Shown: positions 36,101 to 48,539 of the stretch, in pieces
Position numbering within the stretch: position 1 is the stretch's first letter
How the letters are laid out: each line of letters begins with the position of its first letter
Assembly: GCF_035594765.1 (NCBI RefSeq)
Contig: NC_085846.1
Coordinates: 10,155,190-10,219,189 of the forward strand
Direction of reading: 5' to 3'
Source: Anolis carolinensis
Lineage: Eukaryota
Length of the DNA: 64,000 bases
The notes under the pieces: generated by a model
The model's database searches: none
Seen by the model: the letters and a program-made list of their open reading frames with translations, nothing else
Told to the model about the DNA's origin: nothing
Made by a program: the position numbers and the translations under genes

Positions 36101-39100
36101 CTTCTGTGTTTGAATTTGGATGAATCCATGTCATGCAAAGCATGAGCGACAGCATAGACAGCGTTGTAGATGTTGTAGCTGTGGCTGGTCATGCTCATTT
36201 CAAAAACAGACATAGGAAGAGTCTCCAGCTTTTCCTCCTGAGTGCAGATATTTTCAGGGGACTCGTCTAAATTGAGCCCGGGAAAAGAACACATGAATGC
36301 CTGTTGCCAGAAGTCCCCGATAAAGCCATCCTCTTGATCGGTGTCTGGTTTTCTGTCCTGCAGGAATTCATGGAATCCTGAAACCTTTTTTGGGAGACGT
36401 GAAATGGATAAAGCCCCATTGATGAAGCTCATGTCCCAGTCTCTTTGAATTGGGAGCGATGCAAAATCTATTTCCGCTGTCATTATCCAGACTTTATTTA
36501 TTTTTGGTAAATCAAAGTTAAATGGAATTTCTATCCATATTCTCAAAAGTACAATTGACTGAATTTCATCATGTATGATCACTGCATTGGCAGTACTTTT
36601 CCCAATAAGGTATGACGTTTCAATAAGCTCATTTGCCATTGTTTCAAATTCACTGAAAATGTTTATTAGGAATGCTGCTTTTATGAAGTCAAAGCAAATA
36701 CCTTTTTGCAAGAACACGGGAAGTACTTTATGTACAAATCTTTCTCCCATTTCACGATAGAAATACACCAGCCCAATCCACTTCCACTGGAAATGCAAAA
36801 TTAAGTCGAGAATCCCAATGTATTGGTGGGTGCCACTTGGGAGCATGTGGTGAAAGAAAAGAGCCTCCTTTGTGTTATCCATTAGTGGAGCAGAGCCATA
36901 TGTGATCTTTGGGGTGAGAGATAAGGAGGTAATCATATTAGCATATTTCATCTACAAGTTAATATAATAGTAGGGAGTGAATGAAATGACTGTATCAGGT
37001 AGTGCATCAGTACAGTTAAATCCAAAGCATGGTACAGAAATAATAAAATTCCCTCAAAAGGACTCCAAAGCAAGAGAAAAAACAGAGGAAAAATGCATTA
37101 GAGTAAGGAAATAATTACAGAAAATATTTTAACATTTATCTAAAAACATTTGTGTTTGCACCTCAAAGGATTGAAAAGCATGCTATTGTACTGGTTTGGA
37201 CTTTGTAAGATCCGGTACCTTAAGTAGTGACTGAACATCCCTCAGACTACCCTGTTTCCCGAAAAATAAGACATCCCCTGAAAATAAGACCTAGTAGAGG
37301 TTTTGCTGAATTGCTAAATATAAGGCCTCCCCCAAAAGTAAGACCTAGCAAAGTTTTTGTTTGGAAGCCTGTCCGCCGAACAGAAAACCAGAGCATGCAG
37401 GATTGGTAAACGTATGTACCATAGAGTGCTGTACATGGAAACAATGGTAGTAACAAGAAATTCTTGATAGGATTCACGGTTTGTTTGGTTATGTTGCTTC
37501 GTGATGACATCTACTGTACAGTATATAATAAATGTTCATTTTTTGTTCAACAAAAATGTGAATTCTTCTTAATGGAAAAATAAGACATTCCCTGAAAATA
37601 AGACCTAGTGCATCTTTGGGAGTAAAAATTAATATAAGACACCGTCTTATTTTCGGGGAAACATGGTATATCAGTTAAAATGCATTCTGCAATAGCATTA
37701 GCTGCATCTTCTGGATCATCTTCAAGGGCAGCTCAGTATGAAACCCATGAGTATAAACTAACTTGTATGCCAATTCTGTGACCAAGCTATGTCTGCCTAA
37801 GAATGGTCATAGCTGGTGAACAAGCCAAACTGGTTAAAAGGAATGAGGCTAACTTGAGCCTCAAATGATATTCAAAAGTTAAGCAACCATCCTTTCAAAG
37901 GGAGTAAATAACTCTAGGAAGTGAGGAAATTATTCTTTTCAAGATATATCACATACATGGAATTTACGAACATTGATAGGCTTTCCACCTTGACAGACTT
38001 CATCCTGATGTTTGTCATTTTCGGAAAATGTTTTGTCTGACGCATAGTAGCATGAACAGTATTTGGGGGGTGGGGGATCAGCATCTTAATAAAACCCAAT
38101 GATATTATCCAAGGGAGGTGGGCCTTTATGGGACTTCACTGCTTAGATTCCACTAGATTGTACAAAGGCCCATGTATATTATTTCTCATACTTAGAAGGG
38201 GTTTGATGCGTTACTTATAAGATCCAGTGGAAACTGAGCTGTGAGGTTGCATAAATATCCATCTCATCCCATGTATAGATTTGAATTGTCTTCAGCTCAT
38301 CATGCAACATATGTTGCTGCTGGAGAGCTTGCTCACTGCCGAAAGAGGAAGGCCTCCAGGAAGGCCTCGCTCTTCTCACGAGACCTCGCGAAATCTCGTG
38401 AGACCTCGTGAGAAGAACGAGGCCTTCCTCGTTTGGCGGCGAGTGAGCTGATGGAACCCGCCGCCACCGCTGCAGTGGACAAAGTGCCACAATCGGGCGC
38501 TTACTTTGGCCTCCATGTTGGACCGCCCCTGCCAATCATATAGGCTACTAGAAGGACATATAAATATCACTTCTACCTCCCAGAGCTATGCTTTTTACAT
38601 TTCTGGTCTGCATATCACCAAAGTTTAGAAAAACAATAAAAGTGACCAAAATGGAAAAAAAATTTTTTTACTTGAAACTTCCTACTGTGATAAAGGTCCC
38701 TTCCATGTCAGTGGACCATTGATTTCAATCTAATTTTTTATATTTTCACATTAAAACTGCATCAGATTATCGGCCTAGGTAGTGCTATGTTTTCCAGAAT
38801 GAATCTGTTCAAAGTCAAGTTATTTTTTTCACACCAGGAAACCCATCTCTAGCAGGAATATTATCCAAGCATAGAAAGAACGGTAGAATGAAAGACATGT
38901 GAATATCTCAACTCACATTCAGGTTAACCTTGCTTAGGGAAAAGTTAACAGTTAAGTTTAAACTCTTAATTCTGTGGGTTAGCTTACCTGTGAAAACTTA
39001 TAGGCGCACAGGATATCTGCCATGTAGAGACAGACATCAGAAGTAGGTCCCCCAATGACAGCTGCTAGGTTGTCTTGGGTGTCACATTTGTAGTTAGGGA

Positions 39101-40193
39101 CAAATTTGCCCCAGGTAGAAAGGAGTTCCATTGAAGCAAGATAAGTAAAGTCGGGAAGAAAATGACTGTTGTAAATGAAGAATCCCAATGTGATGTTGGG
39201 TAGAATGAGGGAATTTTCATTGATCTCCTTAATGGCGAAACTCAAGGCCAGGATGTGTTGGTAGTTGTGAGAAAGCAGTCTGAAATAACAGTAACAGCAC
39301 ACGTCTATTTAAGATTAATACACATTTTCTATCTGCATTGCACTAAAATATATTGAAGAATGTCTGACTAAAGATACAGAAAAATGGGCCTGAGCCTTCT
39401 ACAAATATACAATCAAACACTGATGTAGATGTGGATCAGAATTCATGTGTATCATCATCATCATCCTATCATGCTTTATCTCTCTAAAAAGGGACCCCAA
39501 ATTATTCAAAACAATGCAATATACAAACATGGGATTATATGTGTTACTAATTTTCTTTTTCAGAGGTAGCAATGAAGTCTTGAATAAATATATGAAAGAC
39601 TTTCAGACATCATCACTAAAATTATATTGTGTGTGCTGACAATCACATTTCTGTGCAGGAAGCTACATTTCGAGTTTCTGTACAGAAAATGCTGCTCATA
39701 ACGTTTTTTGTATAAAACAATGACCACATTTGTAAGTTTTACATTGAGTAAGTCCCATATGAAAAACAAGCACTTTTAAAAATATTTTTGTATATTTTCT
39801 AATATTCTTTCCATTTTTAATTTAAACCAGTTCCAACATATAACAATAATTTTCAACAGATCCCAACTTCTCTTATGCCTGAAGTATTGCATGAAATAAT
39901 TTTTTTGGGGGGGGGGGGGGACCAAATTCATACATCGTATCTCCTTGAGATTTCTCAACAGGATTTTGTCTAAAGGATATCTCTTCAGAAGACATAAAAA
40001 TCTGAGACAGAATGGCACCTATATGCAGGTCTCCAGAGATGTGATACTTGTGATGAATATGAAGAGATTGACCAATGTCACATGAACCAGCTGTGCATGC
40101 CACCTGAAACAGACTGAACACCAGCAGAATGAAAATGAGTTGGATGGATAGTTTAATTCTGCATAGAAATATTCCACTTGGACAATTATTCAT
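31580..40193 (-). CDS. V2R gene D, complete, about 884 aa
   Basis: Exons 39934-40193, 38988-39279, 36061-36906, 34930-35157, 33916-34042, 31580-32481 join in frame (2655 nt). Confidence 0.93.
32640..32950 (-). mobile_element. L2-type 3' fragment
   Basis: T-rich tail and gggactcagggcgg stem; absent in E and F. Confidence 0.7.
33095..33615 (+). mobile_element. (TAA)n plus R4/Dong-clade non-LTR fragment
   Basis: Restriction-like endonuclease motifs [31 protein letters not shown]. Confidence 0.8.
33916..34042 (-). CDS. V2R gene D exon 5
   Basis: 127 nt Cys-rich exon, TAG/GTAAG. Confidence 0.92.
34140..34560 (+). mobile_element. Old L2 relic in intron 4 (paralogs at about 7365-8520, 46220-46640, 58115-58630)
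   Basis: DKTEVL and [12 protein letters not shown] motifs. Confidence 0.65.
34930..35157 (-). CDS. V2R gene D exon 4
   Basis: 228 nt, TAG/GTAGG. Confidence 0.92.
35444..35932 (+). mobile_element. Rex1/Babar LINE 3' fragment with (TTCTA)n tail
   Basis: [29 protein letters not shown]; 12-bp duplication tagtgcttggat; empty site in B. Confidence 0.78.
36061..36906 (-). CDS. V2R gene D exon 3
   Basis: 846 nt, AAG/GTAAT. Confidence 0.9.
37250..37666. mobile_element. Tc1/mariner (Tigger-like) MITE
   Basis: TIRs ccctgtttcccgaaaaataagac / gtcttattttcggggaaacatgg, TA duplication, absent in B and E. Confidence 0.85.
38321..38531. mobile_element. CpG-rich DNA transposon end fragment
   Basis: TIR-like ttggaccgcccctg end, long internal hairpin, replaces about 190 bp present in E and F. 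Confidence 0.55.
38988..39279 (-). CDS. V2R gene D exon 2
   Basis: 292 nt, CAG/GTAAG. Confidence 0.92.
39934..40193 (-). CDS. V2R gene D exon 1
   Basis: 260 nt from ATG (MNNCP) to GTATG donor. Confidence 0.85.
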
Positions 40194-40899
40194 TGCTTCC
40201 CAAATTGTGATCCAGGTCTCCTGTAGTAGTACAGCCTATTTGAAGTTCCCTTGGTTTCCTGGTTTGAAATCAGTTCTGTACAGTGTGAGGTATACACAGT
40301 CAAAGCAATGGAACCATCTTTTCCTCCATCTACAACTCCAATTACATTAGCAATACGCATATAATTTAGAGCAATGCACTCCGATGCAGGTTCAGTTATA
40401 GATAAATCCCACTGATTGTACAGTGCTGTAGTTCTGTGTATAAAACAGCAAAGACAGAACCTTTTCTTCACTAGTATTCCCTGGAGTTTCCAGGAACGTT
40501 AAAGAAGTAAGAGCAATAGGATAAGAGCAAATAGGAAAAACTTGATCATTAAATAGGAGTGCTCTGAGGCATTGCAAAAATATGTTTATCACAACTCCAC
40601 AGGTGTCTTCTCAGATCATACCACATTTAACAGGAGTCATATGGGTCATAATTATGTCTATTAAAAAAATGTCCAGGAAGCAAAAAAAGCTTCAAAGGAA
40701 AGAACTAGTCTTCTGGGCATTAACTGGTTGCCCAATATTTTACACAAGTTTGAGATTATGGGGTTATTTCCAAAAGTAAAAAGATCAGCATTGCTGGATT
40801 TGATTACATGCCTAGGTAGTCCACTTATTCGTGCTGTGTTTAATCCTAGGGGTCATTTACACTGTGAAAATAGTATAGTTTTAACTGTGATGGTTCATT

Positions 40900-41790
40900 T
40901 GCACCCGGTGGCTCTCTTGGGTGGGATATGTGCCAGTTTGGCTAGTTGGTGGAGTAAATGGGCTAAGCAGACACTTGTCTCTCTCTATGTCAGAAATATA
41001 TGAAAAGAAATGGGGAATTTATTGATGTGGAGCATCTCAGAGCATTGAATGGGTCAAGGGAACAAGTTTGAATTTCATTGTTACGCTCATGGGATGAAGG
41101 AATTGGAATGGAGATCAAACTTAGAATTGGAGTGGGTCTCACCCCCTATTTTATGTTTTGTAACACACAATGTTCTCCCTTGTACTTGAAGGTTGAGCTG
41201 GGTTCAAAACCATCAGACATAGCTAGACTCCCAGCAACAGGCTGGGAGGTGTCTAGGGAGGAGCATCAGATGGATCTCGTTTTCTTCAAGGATCACAGTC
41301 AAAAACCATGCTAGATGAAGGTTATAGACATTGTTGGCATAGACCTATGAAAATTCCTGGGGATGGGGCTGCTGAGGACTGTTCTCATAACCCCCTCCCG
41401 TATACTCATAATCCTCTTTTGAGCATTTTACATACTGAGAACTCCACTGTACAATCAGCATAACCCGGTACCTTAAACCAGAGCACTAACACCTTGGCCC
41501 AAATTGACTGTGGCTCCAACCCTTTCCTTCTAAGAAAGATGCAGAACTGTAATTCATGCTCAACCAGGTCTGGCAAAAGATCACTTAGCCTGTATTTCTT
41601 TGAACGATGGTGCTGCATATTCCACAGAGCTTCAGCTAAGCCATTGTCAATCCCTTCCACATGAAAAACCTTGATCCAAACTCTATGTTGTAATGTAAAA
41701 AAAATATGAATTGCTTCCATGTCACAATTAGACCTGAATGTTAGGAAATTGAAAACTTTAACCTGTACCTTATTGTCACATCAAAAATGG
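40900..41790 (-). mobile_element. DIRS/Ngaro-type tyrosine-recombinase retrotransposon relic
   Basis: RNase H-like HVEGIDNGLAEAL followed by recombinase N-terminus-like LQFCIFLRRKGL..GYADCT. Confidence 0.55.
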
Positions 41791-41964
41791 AATAATTGAT
41801 CTACAGCATTTTTGAAGAGTGGCAAGATTCAATTATGTGACATAAGGACATGTGTGGGTGAGTGATGACAGCACATTTCATTTTTTATCCCCAGGAGTAA
41901 TGAGACCCCCCCCCCCCAAATAATCATTCCTTGATCTTATCATTGAATTATACAATAATAAAGT

Positions 41965-42125
41965 ATTGTAAATAAAGTAAATAAAGTATAATACCTCACA
42001 ACCTCTGAGGATGCCTGCCATAGATGTGGGCGAAACGTCAGGAGAGAATGCTTCTGGAACATGGCCACACAGCCCGAAAGACATACAACAACCCTGTGAT
42101 CCCGGCCATGAAAGCCTTCGACAAC
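41965..42125 (+). mobile_element. Penelope-like pLTR insertion
   Basis: 13-bp duplication acaataataaagt (41952, 42126); empty site at about 54196. Confidence 0.85.
42002..42042 (+). ncRNA. Minimal type I hammerhead ribozyme motif
   Basis: CCU-CUGAGGA-U-GCCUGC/GUGGGC-GAAACGUC-AGG; predicted cleavage after 42039. Confidence 0.7.
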
Positions 42126-42278
42126 ACAATAATAAAGTTGGCAGGGACCACATGGGCCACCCAGTCCCCCTACCATGCAGGAAAATCACAATCAAAGTAT
42201 CTCTCCTAAGACTTTTGGTAATCTGGTCCAGAACCCTATTGGTACCATACAAATTCAGTTGCATTTTTTTCTAGGATT

Positions 42279-42383
42279 GCAGGGTTGTTGTATGTATTTT
42301 GGGCTGTGTGGCCATGTTCCAGAAGTATTCTCTCCTGATGTTTCGCCCACATCTATGGCAGGCATCCTCAGAGGTTGTTGAGG
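42279..42383 (-). mobile_element. Penelope-like pLTR insertion
   Basis: About 30-bp flanking duplication; hammerhead with GAAACAUC variant at 42334-42374. Confidence 0.85.
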
Positions 42384-42587
42384 TACAAATTAAGTTGCAT
42401 TTTTCTAGGATTACCTAGCAATGGTGTAAAAAGGAAGATATGAAATATAGGCTCTGAGTAGCCTATTTTTATATACTTATTTTTTTAATATTATTGCTGA
42501 AGTTTGACTAAGTATACCTTTGGTTGTGGACTTATGCTATGTTTGTGACTTTCTGGCTTTTCCTGGACTATATTACTTTGGGATATT

Positions 42588-43350
42588 TGTGATGTCTTGG
42601 CCTTGCTTTTTCCCTCCTCTGCTTCATTTCCTTGTTTAGTTCTCCCTTTGGTGTGGGCTTTCCCATATGTACTTAGTTTTTAGGGGTGGAGCTTACCCCC
42701 CCCCCCCCCAGAGGCCTGGCTCAGTTGGTTTAGCCTTTTTGCCGCAGAGTTTGCCTGAAAGGCTTTCCCCTCCTTTTTATTTTGTGTCAGAGTTTTAGAG
42801 GAGAAGGCCAGGAATTATATGGGTTCCTTAGCCTTGGCAATCCAGACAGGCATCCTTAGCACTTATTTTACCAACATAGCTTAGAATACCTTACCATATA
42901 TAGTCATCATAGTCCAGTACTTTACCAATATAGCTTAGTGTACTTCACCATAGTTCTGTACTTTACCGTCTTAGTTCTGTATTATATCTATATCCAAGTA
43001 TTTACCAACAATATAGTTCAGTATTCTACCTTCAAAAGCCGAGTATTTTACCAAGTGATTTACCACCATTATAGTCAAGTATTTTACCTCATATTATACA
43101 AATATAGTCAAGTATTTATTAACAGTATAACTAAGTTCAGCCAACAAACTTCGTCTTTGTAATATATTATTTTGATTCGCCTTTCAAGAACCCTGACTGA
43201 AGTTAACTTTGCCTTTAGTTTCCAGTAAACTTATTTGGTTAACTTTATCCTGCTTCAAGAGTCTTTATTTTAAAGAACTATAGCACACCAGAGAGCATAC
43301 CAATAGCCACCAGGAATAGCCATACATTTGAACTGAGATCTGCGTTTTTA
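42588..43350 (+). mobile_element. Possible solo LTR
   Basis: Starts with TG exactly where homology to the E-F spacer breaks; AGTAAA signal; no clear CA end. Confidence 0.35.
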
Positions 43351-44019
43351 GCTAGTGTAGGAAAGCCCTAATATATTTTTTTTTTTTTGGGGGGGGGGGG
43401 GCTGACTAGAATTTTGAACAGTGACAAACCATTTTAATTGAGTTTTTCTAAAAACTAAAAAGAGATGGCTATAATTTTCAAGTAGATAATAGACTAGCTA
43501 TTGTGTTCAGTTGAGTGTGTGGGGCATGCAAAATCATGACAGTATATTTGAAACCGCAATGAAAGCAGAAAGCTGTGTGAATATGCATTTCTGTGTCCAA
43601 CTGATTCATATCTACTAAAAAAATAAGCCTTAGCTCTAAATAGCTCTTCTGATTACTTTTATTTTCGATTTTGGTTGCAACTTGCAATGACTTTTACAGA
43701 AAGGAAAGCTTCAGGAGAAATTCAATAGAAATTCAATAAAGCACAATCTTAAACCTAAAAGAAATTAGCATGATATATTTCGAATAGTGGAATATACTAT
43801 ACATTAGCATAATTCTAAACCTAATATTGGTCTTACATATCCTGATTCTTCAATACAAACTAAGACTGGGACCCATCCTTCTCATGGAATTATGAGGATT
43901 AAATATAGATCATTCTTTTGTACCAGAATATCATCTATCATCAGGACATTTTATTAACCTTAGGAACCAAATTCTAAATAAAAGACAATGGATGAAAAAT
44001 GAATAAACAGAAACTTTCT

Positions 44020-44921
44020 TTAATGCTTTCTTTTCATTACTTGCTCCTTTGTATTCATATCAGGCCTCAGAATAATGATATAGCATTTGGGGAAAAATAT
44101 AAAACCAAGTAATCCAGCACTGGAAGCTAAGATTGAGAAGATCTCCACGGCCACCATGTATTTCCCCTTGGAGCTCAAGTATGTTGGCACAAAGGAAATC
44201 CACACACTGCAGAAGACCAACATGCTGAAGGTGATGAACTTGGCTTCATTGAAACTGTCAGGCAACTTCCTGGCAAAGAAAGCTGACGTGAAACTGCAAA
44301 TGGACAGGAAACCCATAAAACCCAGGAGGCAATAAAACATGGTGATTGACCCTTCATTACACTTCAGAATGACTTCTTCAGCCATTGAGTTCACATCAAG
44401 ATCAGGAAATGGTGGAAAGGTAGACAGCCACACTGTACAAATGGTGGCTTGAATGAGCAAGCTGGAAAGAACAATGGACGTGGCCATTCTTTTCCCCAAC
44501 CATTTCCTCCACATGCATTCAGGCTTGGTGGCTTGGAAAGCAAGAATCACAGTGATAGTTTTTGCCAAGACTGAAGAAATGGCCACCAAGAAGATGATGC
44601 CAAAAGCTGTTTGACGAAGGAGACAGGTCATCTTCTGTGGCTTTCCAATGAACAGCAGAGCACAAAGGAAGGAGAGCAGGAGGGAGAGGAGGAGGGTGTA
44701 GGTGAGGGTCCGATTATTGGCCTTGACAATGGGAGTGTCCCGGTGTTTGAGGAAGATCCCAAGCACCACAGAAGTCACACAAAAGAGTAAAAGAGCAGAG
44801 CTGGCCAGACTTGTCCCCAGAGCTTCTTCAAAAGTGAGGAAAGTTAGAGATTTGGGGATGCAGAAATCCCTCTTCTTGTTTGGGTAATGATCTTCTGGAC
44901 ACTGAAAGCAGTTATCTACAT
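44020..44921 (-). CDS. V2R gene E exon 6 (7TM)
   Basis: 902 nt, open, near-identical to D. Confidence 0.88.
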
Positions 44922-45220
44922 CTAGGGAAAAGGAAACATTGACATACTCTAAAAGTCAATTGATATAGTCAAAACATCATTTTGAAAGCCTGTAGTAAAG
45001 CCTATGGCATCAGCATTTCCACATCCCATGTCCTGGATATGTTAAATTATTAAATATTTAAAATGCATGCTTTGATAGATAATTGCATCAAACTATACCA
45101 TTGAAGAAGATAAAAATGAACTCATCTAGCTAATTGACTATAGGAATATTCCAAAAAAAATTACTGAAATAAACTTTCAGTAACGTTGGAAGGAATATTG
45201 ACTAGAAATAGACTAAGAGA

Positions 45221-45278
<58 letters not shown>

Positions 45279-45683
45279 GTGCGGTTTTCCGGCATTGTGC
45301 ATTTGTATTTTGATTCTGTAGCCCACTTGTCGATGGATATCCAGAATCAGAACTGGATATCCAGAACTGGTGGGATCACAAATCTGCAAAGGTAGTGGAA
45401 AATGAGCATGCAAAAATACTGTGGGACTTTCGAATCCAGACTGACAAAGTTTTGGAACACAACACACCAGGCCTCACAGTTGTGGACAGTCGGATTGACG
45501 AAAAACAACAGGAAAAACTCAGCCATTATCAGGACCTTAAGATCGAACTGCAAAGGCTCTGGCATAAACCAGTGCAGGTGGTCCCTGTAGTGATGGGCAC
45601 ACTGCGTGCCGTGCCAGAAGCTCTCAGCCGGCATTTGGAAACAATAAACATTGACAAAATTATGATCTGTCAACTGCAAAATC
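45221..45683 (+). mobile_element. (TAA)n plus R4/Dong-clade fragment (paralog of 33095)
   Basis: [36 protein letters not shown]. Confidence 0.8.
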
Positions 45684-45995
45684 ACTAAAGTGGGAGGGGT
45701 TGGAGGAGGGGAGCAATATATGAATATTGTACAGATATTAGGAAATACTGTAGTGGTCCACGCAGATATACATGTATATAGATTTTTTCACTGTTTTTTA
45801 TGAATATGTAAATTGAAAATAAAAACATATTCATCTGAAAATCTAAAATTACAAATTTTGTCTTGAAAAAAGGCTTTTTGGTAGAACGTGAAGGAAAGTT
45901 ATAGAAAACACATTCCATGTGAAATAAGAAGGTGGAAAGTGAGTGAGGGAGGAAGGGAAGAAGGAAAGAAGGAAAGAAGGATGGGCCACTCTTAC

Positions 45996-46122
45996 CCTTC
46001 TGGGCAGAAATCTTCCCTTCTGGACATGGAATACAATCATAGCAGCAAAATGGCTTCCCTTCCTTCTTTCTTTTACTATAACCTGGATAACAATGGTCAT
46101 TACACAAAGAAAGAGGTTGTGC
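45996..46122 (-). CDS. V2R gene E exon 5
   Basis: 127 nt, TAG/GTAAG. Confidence 0.88.
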
Positions 46123-47000
46123 CTATCAACAAATAAAGGGAAATTTTTCATTGTGATGGCCCTCAACTCTCTTTTCCATTCTAATATAATTCAATGGAAT
46201 CTGTTTGATTTCTAAACCTTTGTCTGGCATCTGTAATAGATTGATGAGGGCAAAGAAACGGAGTGTGAATTCTGACAAGACAAAGGTGCTCACGGTCAGT
46301 TGAAATGCAGATAAACCAATCAGGATACATCCTGTTGTAGTTGAGGTTACATTGGAAGTACACAGATACACAACTTGTGTGGCTTCAGCCTTGAATATAG
46401 CAGGGCAGGAAAGATGGTCACTAATATCATAATTTCCGAGGGTTCTGCGGTTTCCAGGTATGCTCTGGAACACTGAAAGGCTATTGGGCTACCACCCAAT
46501 GCTGAAGAAGCCTGATCCATCCACAGTTATACTTGCCTTTATGACATCTGATTTGGATGACTGTATCACACTCCATGAGGGCTAACTTTAAAGAGTGTTC
46601 AGAAATTTCAGCTGGGACGAAGAGTCACTCCACAAAGTCTGTGATCTCCTCAATTCAAAGTGTTGGTTGTGAACTAGGAAGGCCTATACAACATACGTAG
46701 ATCTAGATTATTGGACAAACCAGACTGTCTTGATCTGGATTTTTTTTAAAAAAAAGTCTAGCATTTTTGGTTCCACCATCTGAACTTGATAGAAACAGGA
46801 GAGAGGACCTTTTCAGTGGAGGAGAAAGAATGAAGGAAGGATTTCCAGCTTATGAAAAACACTCCCTGGTTTGAATGTTGCCTGACACTTTTCCTATCAA
46901 GATGATATCCTTATGATATGGGTATCTGACAGTGAGATACTGTATATAGTTTTTGGGGAGGGTGGAGATCATCACATGATGGAATGTATTCACGTCCTAC

Positions 47001-47228
47001 CTGATTGAACCAGCTGGGCCATACCATGGCATCCTCATGAACAGTGAACTCAACGGTTGGTAGAGACTGTGGATCTATTCTTCCCACTTTCACTCGACTA
47101 AAGGTCTCATTGGGGAATGTGACCCAGTTGACGATATCAAGCCCAGATACCAATTCCCCATTTTTATTAAAGGAAATCTGTTCACCAACAGTGTTGTTAA
47201 ATATAACACATTTTAGGAAGTGATGAAG
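47001..47228 (-). CDS. V2R gene E exon 4
   Basis: 228 nt, TAG/GTAGG. Confidence 0.88.
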
Positions 47229-47517
47229 CTAAATTGAGAGGAGAAAATGCAGTTACAAAAGATGCTCACTATCCAAATAAATAAGATATGGTAGTAATTG
47301 CGTGCATTTGACATGTGCCTTTAACAGAAACTATGTGTTCTTATAGAAGGTATATGGTTCTCGGTGATACTAATGAGCTAGTTTATATAAAGCTAGGAAA
47401 TGTCTAGCACACTGAGCAGTGCGTGCACATCTTCCAGTATAGACTGCATTAACCTGGAAAGACAATTCCACCTGATCTTGAATGCTCAACAGGGTCAGCC
47501 CTGGATAGTGCTTGGAT

Positions 47518-47830
47518 AGTGCATCTGCACATGGTTTGGTAACTGCACAGTGGCTGATAGGACGGTGCTCCAAAGGGTCACCACTACTGCACAGAGAATC
47601 ATTGGTTGCCCTCTCCCCTCTTTGGAAGAACTTTATAGGTCCCATAGCCTTAAGAAAGCTTAGAACATTTTTGGGAATCCATCTCACCCACCCAGCATAT
47701 TCCTTTTTTGAATTGTTGCTATCTGGCAGATGCAAATGGTACAGGGTGACAAGACAAGTACAAGCAGACTGAGAGAAAGCTTCTATCTTAAGAGCTGTGG
47801 CTATGTTGAACTCCATGGTTTCGCACTAAT
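47518..47830 (+). mobile_element. Rex1/Babar fragment (paralog of 35444, tail deleted)
   Basis: Same junction and sequence as in D and F. Confidence 0.75.
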
Positions 47831-47978
47831 GTGAAATATATACAGAAATACAAATACAGACAGATGCATTATCCACTTGCATAGAAAATTGATAAAAATA
47901 AATAAAATGAAATAAAAATGAAACAGGTGATCATATCATATCATATCAAATCATATCATATCATAACCTTTTAATGGA

Positions 47979-48246
47979 GCCTGCGGTGGCGTAGTGGATG
48001 AAAGCCTTGTGACTTGAAGGTTGGGTTGGTGACCTTAAAGCTGCCAGGTTCGAATCCCACCTGGGGAGAGTGCGGATGAGCTCCCTCTATCAGCTCCAGC
48101 TCCATGCGGGGACATGAGAGAAGCCTCCCTCAAGGATGGTAAAAACATCAAAAACATCCGGACGTCCCCTGGGCAACGTCCTTGCAGACGGCCAATTCTC
48201 TCACTCCAGAAGCAACTCAAGTTGCTCCTGACACGAAAAAATAAAT
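47979..48246 (+). mobile_element. tRNA-derived SINE, third family
   Basis: A box ggtggcgtagtgg, B box ggttcgaatccc, A-rich end, 12-bp duplication ccttttaatgga (47967, 48247). Confidence 0.85.
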
Positions 48247-48539
48247 CCTTTTAATGGAATTTTTGTGCATGGACTAAATTTACATGAAGTATGACACCAA
48301 AGTACAATAATAAGAAGTTACAAAATGAACCTTCACCTGTGTACTGGTGAAGGAATGAGTGCATGCTATGAGATATATTCCAGCTTTAATGAAAACAGAA
48401 GCTGCTATAAAGTCACAGTAAAAGGAAGATGACTCATTCCTAGTACCTAGACATCAGAATTCTATCTTTTCCACAAAAATTGGGGGCTAAACATACCAAT
48501 AGGGTAAATGATTCTGTAACATTGTGCTCCGAACATTAC

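Noticed and set aside
47979-48065. Possible tRNA gene
   Set aside because: A and B boxes are present but there is no cloverleaf, and it continues into a SINE body with a target duplication.
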